Below are positions 17,477 through 26,084 of a DNA stretch of 32,000 nt, in pieces. Origin of the DNA: Nostoc sp. PCC 7120 = FACHB-418 (GTDB lineage: Bacteria > Cyanobacteriota > Cyanobacteriia > Cyanobacteriales > Nostocaceae). The number at the start of each line of letters is the position of its first letter. Position 1 is the stretch's first letter. The notes under the pieces were generated by a model. The model did not search any database, was not told the DNA's origin, and was given only the letters and a program-made list of their open reading frames with translations. Position numbers and translations under genes: made by a program. Location of the stretch: assembly GCF_000009705.1 (NCBI RefSeq), contig NC_003272.1, positions 1,020,001 through 1,052,000 of the forward strand. Reading direction: 5' to 3'.

Positions 17477-20400
17477 ATGAGGTCGTTGTCCATGAGTGCA
17501 ACCGTAGATACAACCGTTTTGCTGTCTGGATATCAGTTGATTGAGCAGCTTTATCACGGCTCTAAAACGCTTGTTTATCGTGGAATACGGCGGACAGATA
17601 GTGCAGCGCAACCTGTGGTAATTAAGCTGCTGCAACGCGAGTATCCTAGCTTTAGTGAACTACTACAGTTTCGCAATCAATACACCATCGCCAAAAATTT
17701 AAATATTCCGGGTATTGTCCACCCTACTTCTCTAGAACCTTATGGCAACAGCTACGCTTTGGTAATGGAAGATTTTGGCGGGGTGTCATTGGGATCATAT
17801 AGTCAAACCCACCCTTTGTCTTTGGGAGATGTATTAGCGATCGCCATTCAACTGGCCAATATTCTACATGATCTCTATCAAAATCGTGTCATCCACAAAG
17901 ATATCAAACCCGCTAACCTGCTGATTCATCCTGAGACGAAAGAAATTAAGCTGATTGATTTTAGCATTGCTTCCTTATTACCCAAGGAAACCGAAGCCGT
18001 TAAACATCCCAAAGTTTTAGAAGGGACACTCGCCTATCTCGCACCAGAACAAACCGGACGGATGAACCGAGGTATAGATTATCGTAGCGATTTTTATGCT
18101 TTCGGTGTGACGTTGTTTGAACTGTTAACAGGAAAGTTACCTTTTATATCAGATGATCCTTTAGAGTTGGTGCATTGTCACATTGCTAAACCTGCGCCCT
18201 CGGTGTGTGCATTACGACCAGAAATTCCCGCAGTAATTGGAGAAATTATCGGGAAATTAATGGCGAAGAACGCCGAGGATCGTTATCAAAGTGCATTGGG
18301 TTTGCAGTATGATTTGCAAAATTGTCTAGATCAACTGCAAAATACAGGTAAAATTGAGACATTTGAGATTGCTACACGAGATATTTGCGATCGCTTCCTG
18401 ATTCCCGAAAAACTTTACGGTCGGGAGGAGGAAGTTGCCACACTACTCAAAGCATTTGCTCGTGTCAGCCATGGTAAATCTGAATTGATGCTAGTGGCGG
18501 GTTTCTCTGGAATTGGTAAAACTGCCGTCGTCCATGAAGTTCATAAGCCCATTGTGGAGAAGCGGGGCTATTTTATTAAAGGTAAATTTGACCAATTTAA
18601 TCGCAGTACGCCCTTCTCGGCTTTTGTGCAAGCATTCCGCGATTTAATGGGGCAATTGTTGAGTGAGAGTGATGAGCAGTTGCAGACATGGAAAACCCAG
18701 CTTTTACAGGCTGTAGGGGAGAATGGACAAGTCATTATTGACGTGATTCCCGAATTGGAACGCATTATTGGCGAGCAACCCCTAGCCATAGAATTATCTG
18801 GGAATGCGGCGCAAAATCGCTTTAAATTGCTCTTGCAGAACTTTATTCACGTTTTTACTACACCAGAGCATCCCTTAGTTATATTTTTAGATGATTTACA
18901 ATGGGCAGATTCCGCTTCCCTCAACTTGATGCAAGGATTAATAGGGGAGTCAAAAACAGGTTATTTACTGGTGCTTGGCGCATATCGTGACCATGAAGTA
19001 TACCCTGCTCATCCGTTGATGTTGACTCTGGAAGCAATTCAGAAAACAGGTGCTACGACGAATACAATTACTCTACAACCATTGAGTTTAACTAGTCTCA
19101 ATCAACTGATTGCCGATACCCTCAATTGTACAGCAACCTTAGCGCAACCATTAACTAAATTAGTCAACCAAAAAACCAAAGGTAATCCCTTTTTTGCTAC
19201 GCAATTTCTCAAGGCATTATATCAGGATGGACTAATTTGTTTTGATTTAGCTGCCGGATATTGGCAGTGTGATATTGTCCAAGTGAAGGCAGCAGCATTA
19301 ACTGATGATGTGGTGGAATTTATGGCGTTGCAGTTGCAAAAATTGCCACCAGTCACCCAAAATATTTTAAAGTTAGCAGCTTGTATTGGCAATGAATTTG
19401 ATTTAAATACCCTGGCAATTGTATCTGAATTATCTCCAGCCTCAACAGCTACAATCTTGTGGAAGGCATTACAAGAAGAGTTAATTCTTCCCCTGAGTGA
19501 AACATATAAATTCTTTCAATCTAGCTCACATCAAACAACAGGCGATCGCCAAATTAAACTCAGTTATAAATTTTTTCATGACCGCGTACAACAAGCGGCT
19601 TATTCCCTCATTCCCCAAGAGCAGAAAACGGCAACTCACCTGAAAATAGGTCAACTACTTTTAAAGCACACCCCAGAAACACAATTAGAAAATCGCATTT
19701 TTGATATTGTTAATCAATTAAATGTTGGTGTTGATTATGTCACAGATAAGCATCAGAAACAGCGATTGCTGGAATTAAATTTAATGGCTGGACGTAAAGC
19801 AAAAGTTGCTACTGCTTACGTTGTCGCTGTCGATTATTTAAATACAGCTATAAAACTCCTGGAAGAAGATAGTTGGCAAAATCAATATGAACTTACCCTG
19901 AGTTTGTATGATTTGGTGGCGGAGGCGGAATATTTAAATACGAATTTTCCTACTTCTGAATTACTAGTTAAGGAGATACTTGTACACGCCAAACATACTT
20001 TAGATAAAATCAAAGCTTATGAAATTCAAATTCAAGCTTATACAGCGCAAAACAAACTCATAGAAGCGATAAATATAGGTAGAGAGGTTTTAGGTTTACT
20101 GGGTATTGATTTGCCCCAAGATGGCGACATGGAAACCATCTTGGCTGAACATAGTCAATTGAAGTCGCTGCTAGGGAAACGGTCAATTCAAGACTTAGTA
20201 AATTTACCAGAACTGACGGACTTACAACAAGGTGCAGCCTTAAGAATTTTATGTAGTTTATTTGCCCCGATTTATCTTGCCAAACCGATGCTGTTACCTT
20301 TAAAGATATTCACAATGGTGAAAATCTGTACTCAATATGGTAACTCTCCCCAATCGGCGATCGCTTACAGTTTGTATGGATTATTTTTATGTGCATCGGA

Positions 20401-22879
20401 AGACATTACTGATGGCTATCAATTTGGTCAGTTAGCGATGACAGTGTTGGATAAATTTAACGCCCAAGAGCTAAAAAGTAAAGTTTATCTAACATTTGCT
20501 CTGTTTATTAAACATTGGCAAGATAGCATTAGCTCCACTTTAAATATATTTTTAGAAGGTCTGAAATGTGGTCTAGAAACTGGTGATTTGGAATATGTTG
20601 GTTATTGTGCCAATTGTTATGCTCAGTTTTTATTCTGGACAGGAGAAAATCTAGAATTTGCCGAAGCAGAAGCTAATAAGTATTGTTCTCTCATGCAGGA
20701 TATAAAACAAGATATATCTTTAATTTGGGGCAATACATGGCGACAAACTGTCATGAATTTACAAGCTAAAGTTGATAATCCGCAAATGCTAGTGGGTAAA
20801 TGTTTTGATGAAACCGTCACTCTCCCTGCTTTAATTGCTAGCCGCAATACCAATGGCATTTGTTACGTTTATCTGGCAAAATTATTCTTGGCTTATTTGT
20901 TGGGAGCAGATGAGCAAGCTATTAAATACGCCAGTCTATTTGAAGAATACGAGCAGGGTGCGGCTGGTTTATTAATTGTGCCGTTGAAGAACTTTTATCA
21001 ATCTCTGAGCCTACTTTCCTTATATCCCCAATTGGATACTGAGCAACAATCTCGCTATTTAGAAAAGATTACAAATAATCAACAAAAAATGCAAAAATGG
21101 GCAGGTCATGCGCCCATAAATTATCAACACAAATTTTACTTAGTGGCAGCCGAAAAACATCGCGTTTTAGACGAGAAAACAGCTGCTATAGAGTTATACG
21201 ACCAAGCGATCGCCCTAGCCAAAACCAACGGTTACATCCAAGAAGCTGCCCTAGCTAACGAATTGGCGGCCAAATTCTACCTCAACTGGGGTAAAGAAAA
21301 AGTCGCCGCCGGCTATATGCAGGAGGCTTATTACTGCTACGCCCATTGGGGTAGTCCCGCCAAAACCAATGATCTAGAAAGCCGTTATCCTCAACTGTTG
21401 CGCCCCATCCTACAACAAGCTATTCAGCCCCTGAGCATTTTAGAAACCTTCACCAGCCTCACTAATTCCGTGCATTCTACCCGTCACCAAAGTTCTTCCA
21501 GCGCCAGCATTAACTATATGCTGGATTTTGCGGCGCTACTGCAAGTATCCCAGGCAATTTCTAGCACGATTCAACTAGATAAGTTACTGGAAACTATCAC
21601 TGAAACGATGCTGGAAAATTCTGGGGCTGATTATTGTGCTTTGATGTTGTGTCAAGAGGGCGAATGCCAAGTCAGAGTAATAGCTAACTCCCAACAAACC
21701 ACCTTACAATCTACTCCCCTGGAAAACAATCCTACCGTTCCTATCAAGCTCATTCAGTATGTCAAAAATACCTCAGAAACAGTTGTCATCCATGATCTAA
21801 AAACCAATATACCGGGTGTGATGAGCAATTACCTAGATCAGCATCAGCCCAAAAGCGTGCTATGTTTGCCGTTAATTAATCAGGGTAATTTAATCGGAAT
21901 TTTATACCTGGAAAATCAAGTTACCAGTGATGTGTTTACAAGCGATCGCCTCCTGGTTCTCAGATTCCTCTCTAGCCAAGCCGTCATCGCCCTGGAAAAT
22001 GCTCGTCTCTATCACCAGGTGCAACAAACCCTAGAGGATCTGCAACAAGCACAAGTACAAATGGTGCAGAATGAAAAGATGTCTGCATTGGGTAACTTAG
22101 TGGCCGGGGTGGCTCACGAAATTAATAATCCCGTCGGCTGCATTGTCGGTAATATTAGTGCAGCCCAAGAATATATTAACGACCTGTTGGGAGTGATTGA
22201 CCTCTACCGTGAGCAATTTCCCCAACCCGGTAGGGCAATTGAAAATGAACTAGAGACGATTGACTTAGAATATCTGCGGGAAGATTTGCCCAAACTCATC
22301 AAGGCGATGAAAGACGGAGGCGATCGCATTAAAGCTATCAGTGAGAGTTTACGTACATTCTCCCGCGCCGACAGCGACCAAAAACAGCCCTTTAACCTGC
22401 ACGAGGGTATTGAAAGTACCCTGCTGATTTTACGTCATCGCCTCAAAGCTAACCAATATCGCCCAGCCATTGAAGTTGTCACCGAATACAGCGATCTTCC
22501 CCTGGTAAAATGCTTCCCTGGTCAATTAAATCAAGTATTTATGAATATTTTAGCCAATGCCATTGATGCCTTAGATGAATCAAATCCAGGATATAGTTTT
22601 GCGGAGATTGAAGCCAACCCCAATCGAATTACAATTCGCACCACTATCGCAGGTGAACAAATCAAGATTGCAATTAGTGATAATGGTCACGGAATCCCAG
22701 AAGAAGTAAAAGCCAAAATTTTCGATCACCTGTTCACCACCAAAGGAGTAGGTAAAGGCACAGGTTTAGGATTAGCCATCGCCCATCAAATTATCGTAGA
22801 AAAACATGGAGGCGCGATCGCGGTTAACTCTAAACCAGGTATAGGAACTGAGTTTTTATTAACATTGCCAATCTCTTAG
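17477..22879 (+). CDS. Multidomain hybrid kinase, paralog of 119..5677: Ser/Thr kinase - P-loop NTPase (AAA_16/STAND-like) - helical TPR-like region - GAF - histidine kinase
   Basis: 1800-aa ORF, collinear with the first kinase: VIKLL, HKDIKPAN, DFS(IAS), LAYLAPEQ; Walker A GFSGIGKT and Walker B VIFLDDLQWAD. The H-box is AHEINNP (His codon 22115..22117), followed by NILANAIDAL, DNGHGI and GTGLGLAIA. An alternative start ATG lies at 17492. Confidence 0.9.
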   Translation: MRSLSMSATVDTTVLLSGYQLIEQLYHGSKTLVYRGIRRTDSAAQPVVIKLLQREYPSFSELLQFRNQYTIAKNLNIPGIVHPTSLEPYGNSYALVMEDFGGVSLGSYSQTHPLSLGDVLAIAIQLANILHDLYQNRVIHKDIKPANLLIHPETKEIKLIDFSIASLLPKETEAVKHPKVLEGTLAYLAPEQTGRMNRGIDYRSDFYAFGVTLFELLTGKLPFISDDPLELVHCHIAKPAPSVCALRPEIPAVIGEIIGKLMAKNAEDRYQSALGLQYDLQNCLDQLQNTGKIETFEIATRDICDRFLIPEKLYGREEEVATLLKAFARVSHGKSELMLVAGFSGIGKTAVVHEVHKPIVEKRGYFIKGKFDQFNRSTPFSAFVQAFRDLMGQLLSESDEQLQTWKTQLLQAVGENGQVIIDVIPELERIIGEQPLAIELSGNAAQNRFKLLLQNFIHVFTTPEHPLVIFLDDLQWADSASLNLMQGLIGESKTGYLLVLGAYRDHEVYPAHPLMLTLEAIQKTGATTNTITLQPLSLTSLNQLIADTLNCTATLAQPLTKLVNQKTKGNPFFATQFLKALYQDGLICFDLAAGYWQCDIVQVKAAALTDDVVEFMALQLQKLPPVTQNILKLAACIGNEFDLNTLAIVSELSPASTATILWKALQEELILPLSETYKFFQSSSHQTTGDRQIKLSYKFFHDRVQQAAYSLIPQEQKTATHLKIGQLLLKHTPETQLENRIFDIVNQLNVGVDYVTDKHQKQRLLELNLMAGRKAKVATAYVVAVDYLNTAIKLLEEDSWQNQYELTLSLYDLVAEAEYLNTNFPTSELLVKEILVHAKHTLDKIKAYEIQIQAYTAQNKLIEAINIGREVLGLLGIDLPQDGDMETILAEHSQLKSLLGKRSIQDLVNLPELTDLQQGAALRILCSLFAPIYLAKPMLLPLKIFTMVKICTQYGNSPQSAIAYSLYGLFLCASEDITDGYQFGQLAMTVLDKFNAQELKSKVYLTFALFIKHWQDSISSTLNIFLEGLKCGLETGDLEYVGYCANCYAQFLFWTGENLEFAEAEANKYCSLMQDIKQDISLIWGNTWRQTVMNLQAKVDNPQMLVGKCFDETVTLPALIASRNTNGICYVYLAKLFLAYLLGADEQAIKYASLFEEYEQGAAGLLIVPLKNFYQSLSLLSLYPQLDTEQQSRYLEKITNNQQKMQKWAGHAPINYQHKFYLVAAEKHRVLDEKTAAIELYDQAIALAKTNGYIQEAALANELAAKFYLNWGKEKVAAGYMQEAYYCYAHWGSPAKTNDLESRYPQLLRPILQQAIQPLSILETFTSLTNSVHSTRHQSSSSASINYMLDFAALLQVSQAISSTIQLDKLLETITETMLENSGADYCALMLCQEGECQVRVIANSQQTTLQSTPLENNPTVPIKLIQYVKNTSETVVIHDLKTNIPGVMSNYLDQHQPKSVLCLPLINQGNLIGILYLENQVTSDVFTSDRLLVLRFLSSQAVIALENARLYHQVQQTLEDLQQAQVQMVQNEKMSALGNLVAGVAHEINNPVGCIVGNISAAQEYINDLLGVIDLYREQFPQPGRAIENELETIDLEYLREDLPKLIKAMKDGGDRIKAISESLRTFSRADSDQKQPFNLHEGIESTLLILRHRLKANQYRPAIEVVTEYSDLPLVKCFPGQLNQVFMNILANAIDALDESNPGYSFAEIEANPNRITIRTTIAGEQIKIAISDNGHGIPEEVKAKIFDHLFTTKGVGKGTGLGLAIAHQIIVEKHGGAIAVNSKPGIGTEFLLTLPIS

Positions 22880-23057
22880 AGACTTTCAATTCCCAAAATA
22901 TTCAATATAGTGTTTTTCGTTTGGATGAGATACACGGGGGATGCAAGACATCGCACCTCTGTAGATTTTTGATGTGTTGCAAAGTTGGTTCTCACTCAAT
23001 ACCCCCAATCCCTTTTAATATTAAGTATGTGAACTCAAAATTTTCCTGTAGACTGTT

Positions 23058-23924
23058 TTGTCAAAGCTTGTGAACTTCTCTATTGGTTGTGCTGTTTGGG
23101 CTTATAAAGGTTGGGTAGGCGAACTTTATCCCCAAGGAAGTCGTGCTGGGGAATTTCTCCATCTCTACAGTCGTCGCTTCACTACCGTAGAAGGTAATAC
23201 TACTTTCTACGCAGCACCAAATCAAGAAACTGTCAGCCGTTGGGCAAAAGAAACACCACCAGGCTTTGAGTTTTGTTTGAAATTACCACGGGATATTACC
23301 CATCAAGGTTTATTAAAACCCTATATTCCCGCCGCTTTAAAATTTCTGGAGGGGATGCAGCCTTTGGGTAAGCATCTCGGCCCTATATTTTCCCAGTTAC
23401 CACCAAGTTACGCACCAACATTAATTGACGATTTGGCTAGTTTTCTGGAAGCTTGGCCGCGCACAACAGCACCACTAGCCTTAGAAGTCAGACATCCTGA
23501 CTGGTTTCGAGAACCCCATAAAAGCAATTTGACACAGCTTTTAGAAACGCTGGGTGTAGGAAGGGTACTACTGGATTCACGCCCTATCTACACGGGAGAT
23601 GATGACCCCCAGTTACAATCAGAACGACGTAAACCCAAATTACCGTTACAATTCAGCGTCACTGCACCTTTTAGCCTGATTAGGTTTATTTCCCATCCTA
23701 ATTTGGCGGTGAATCAAGTATTTATGGAAGAGTGGGTACAACAAATTCAACAGTGGTTACAAGCAGGGACACGAATCTATTTCTTTGTACATTGTCCTAT
23801 AGAAGAGCGATCGCCTAACACTGCCCGTCACTTCCAAAAACTATTAGAACAGAACGGTGTACCAGTTCCACCCCTACCCTGGAATCATCTGGACTATCCA
23901 CCTCATCAACTAAATCTCTGGTAA
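23058..23924 (+). CDS. DUF72 family protein
   Basis: Typical DUF72 motifs: IGCAVWAYKGW, FTTVEGNTTFYA, W...TPPGFEFCLKLPRDITH. The ORF-track start is TTG; the in-frame GTG at 23070 is an alternative. Confidence 0.85.
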   Translation: MSKLVNFSIGCAVWAYKGWVGELYPQGSRAGEFLHLYSRRFTTVEGNTTFYAAPNQETVSRWAKETPPGFEFCLKLPRDITHQGLLKPYIPAALKFLEGMQPLGKHLGPIFSQLPPSYAPTLIDDLASFLEAWPRTTAPLALEVRHPDWFREPHKSNLTQLLETLGVGRVLLDSRPIYTGDDDPQLQSERRKPKLPLQFSVTAPFSLIRFISHPNLAVNQVFMEEWVQQIQQWLQAGTRIYFFVHCPIEERSPNTARHFQKLLEQNGVPVPPLPWNHLDYPPHQLNLW

Positions 23925-23928
23925 CTTT

Positions 23929-24039
23929 GGGGGTGTAAGGGGATGAGGGTATAGGGGTGTAAGTGAAAGAACTAACAAGTGGAATCGATATCCCAGCCAT
24001 TCAACAAAGATTAGAGTTTTATTCACACCCCTACACCCC
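23929..24039. repeat. Imperfect inverted copies of a GGGGTGTA(A)GGGG motif between convergent genes
   Basis: gggggtgtaagggg (23929..23942) and ggggtgtaag (23954..23963) face cccctacacccc (24028..24039). Related gggtgtaag-type motifs occur at about 14709..14726 (reverse) and 6795..6819. Confidence 0.35.
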
Positions 24040-24042
24040 TAA

Positions 24043-24789
24043 TTAACTAGCCCCAGCCAATTTGTTTTCTATTTCTGATAAGTCTATGCCACCAGAGAAA
24101 GTTTTACTATTCATGATGAAGAAAGGTGTGCCAGCAATAGCTAACTTTTGCGCTATTTGGATATCTTTACTAATTGCGGCATCAGCAAGTAGGCGATCGC
24201 TGTTAAACTTTTCTAAATCCAAATTGAGTTTTTTGGCAATATCTAAATACAAAGCTTCACCAAGTTGCTTTTGATTGCTAAACAAAGCATCGTGATATTC
24301 CCAGAACTTACCTTGCTGAGTTGCTGCCCAAGCCGCCTTGGCTGCTGGCATAGCTTCATTATGAATGGGTATCAGAGGTAGATGTTTATAAACTAAGGTT
24401 ATTTCACCCGGATGCTTGGCTAGTAATTGTTTCAATGTGTCATGGGCTTTCGCACAGTAAGGACATTGAAAATCAGAAAATTCTACGACTACTGCCTTTG
24501 ATTGAGTGGCACTAGTAGTAGGAGAATCGCCAATTACCGCTTGTGGATTAGTTTTTAAATCTTGAAGAAATGCCTGCCGTATTTGATTGACTTGCTCTTG
24601 TTGTTGCTGTTGGTAAACTTGAACAGAATCAATAATTACGTCTGGATGTTCGCGGAGAATTTGTAGAACCTGTTCTTCTAGTTTGGGACTGATGCGGCTG
24701 GCTGCTTGTGCCGGAAAAGACCAGCTTAAAACTAGGCACAATAAACCGAATATCACCCAATTACGTAGATACTGAAATAATTGACGCAT
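24043..24789 (-). CDS. Exported DsbA-family thiol:disulfide oxidoreductase (thioredoxin fold)
   Basis: CPYC active site in FSDFQCPYCAKAH, plus a C-terminal GTPFFIMN motif. The preferred start is the ATG at 24789, giving a signal/anchor peptide MRQLFQYLRNWVIFGLLCLVLSWSFPAQA. The ORF-track start at 24861 is TTG. Confidence 0.85.
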   Translation of the reverse strand: MRQLFQYLRNWVIFGLLCLVLSWSFPAQAASRISPKLEEQVLQILREHPDVIIDSVQVYQQQQQEQVNQIRQAFLQDLKTNPQAVIGDSPTTSATQSKAVVVEFSDFQCPYCAKAHDTLKQLLAKHPGEITLVYKHLPLIPIHNEAMPAAKAAWAATQQGKFWEYHDALFSNQKQLGEALYLDIAKKLNLDLEKFNSDRLLADAAISKDIQIAQKLAIAGTPFFIMNSKTFSGGIDLSEIENKLAGAS

Positions 24790-24883
24790 AGAAAAATCTG
24801 GGAGAAAACAACACGTCCCTAGTATTCCCTGGAATTGTGCGAAATAATAGACTTGTTGCAAAAATGCAAAATGTTAGAAATCA

Positions 24884-25744
24884 TTACAAATTAATCACTT
24901 TACTATCAATAGGTAAAGAAAAGTCGCGCGACCATTCGTTCCATGAGCCAAAATAATTTCTGGCAGCAATTCCTACTTCATGCAGAGCCATAATTGTATT
25001 AGCAGCCCTAGAGCCTTTAAAGCAGTAGACATATACAGTAGACTCGGAAGTAATACCGACAGATTGACAAATGTCTAAGATTTCTGCTGGGGAACGGAAC
25101 ATAGGGATTCCTGATGTAGATTCCATGAAAAGATGCCATTCCAGCCAGATAGCGTTGGGGATTCGTCCTTTGCGGGGGCAAAAATCAGCACCGTAGGGAG
25201 AAGAACTGAGTCCTTGCCATTCGGGGCGATCGCGCACATCTAATTTTATAATGGCTGGATTGTCCAGCGCTTCTAACATCTGGCTTGTCGTCACTATCAT
25301 CTCGGCTTGGGGACGTAATCTAAAGATAGTGCTATCCCCTTCAGGAACTTCATTGGTGGTAGGTAAACCAGCCGCCAGCCAAGCTTGATATCCTCCGTGT
25401 AAAACAGATACCTGAGGACAACCCAAATACTTCAGCAAAAAAGCAGCTCGACAAGATTGTCCGTAGCCTTTATTAAAAGCATCTTCATAGACAATTATCC
25501 TCTCCCCCCCAGATATTCCTAAATTGCTCATAATTTTTGCAAAATACTCTTGCAAGTTTGTTAAGCCGGTAGGAGAAGAATCTTCTAAAAGATAAGTGAA
25601 AAAATCTCGAATATTGACAGCTTCAGGAATGTGAGCAACTGCATAATCTTCTGGAGCGCGTGTATCGATAATAACGGTTTTAAATGACTTTAGTGCTAAT
25701 AAAGACGTGAGTTCTTGAGGAGTGATGAGGAATTTTTTATTCAC
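24884..25744 (-). CDS. Two-domain rhodanese-type sulfurtransferase
   Basis: 286 aa in a tandem rhodanese layout. The active-site loop CFKGSRA (CX4R) is in the C-terminal domain. The N-terminal domain has DTRAPEDYAVAHIPEAVNI. Confidence 0.88.
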   Translation of the reverse strand: MNKKFLITPQELTSLLALKSFKTVIIDTRAPEDYAVAHIPEAVNIRDFFTYLLEDSSPTGLTNLQEYFAKIMSNLGISGGERIIVYEDAFNKGYGQSCRAAFLLKYLGCPQVSVLHGGYQAWLAAGLPTTNEVPEGDSTIFRLRPQAEMIVTTSQMLEALDNPAIIKLDVRDRPEWQGLSSSPYGADFCPRKGRIPNAIWLEWHLFMESTSGIPMFRSPAEILDICQSVGITSESTVYVYCFKGSRAANTIMALHEVGIAARNYFGSWNEWSRDFSLPIDSKVINL

Positions 25745-25846
25745 GCTTTCATACTTCTGTTATCGTGCTATTGGGCATTATCGCGCCCAGTTGATTTGCA
25801 CTTTGAAGTCAAAATAACAGAAGTTGACTATAAATCTAGGTAAGCC

Positions 25847-25972
25847 TTAGACTGCAACTACTGCCCTTAATTGTGCGTTGGAAATTCGCGTCTTTAAATC
25901 AGCTAAAAAATCTTCGTAACCTACAATATCAGATGTACTACCTTGTGAAAATTTAGGTGTATTATCTGCCAT
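25847..25972 (-). pseudogene. 41-codon remnant resembling the N-terminus of a DUF1016 (YhcG-like PD-(D/E)XK nuclease) protein
   Basis: The minus-strand ORF reads MADNTPKFSQGSTSDIVGYEDFLADLKTRISNAQLRAVVAV*. The pattern Y..FL..LK.RI..AQ.RA..AV(N) matches my memory of DUF1016 N-termini. The reading frame dies here and only about 100 nt remain before the rhodanese start. Confidence 0.4.
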
Positions 25973-26084
25973 AAATACTTTCGTCACCTGACTAACTCTC
26001 ACTTTACTGTAAGTTGACCAACAATACAGACAGGCTCGGAATTAGATCAAAATAGAAATGTAACTTGTTGTTTATCCTAACCCC

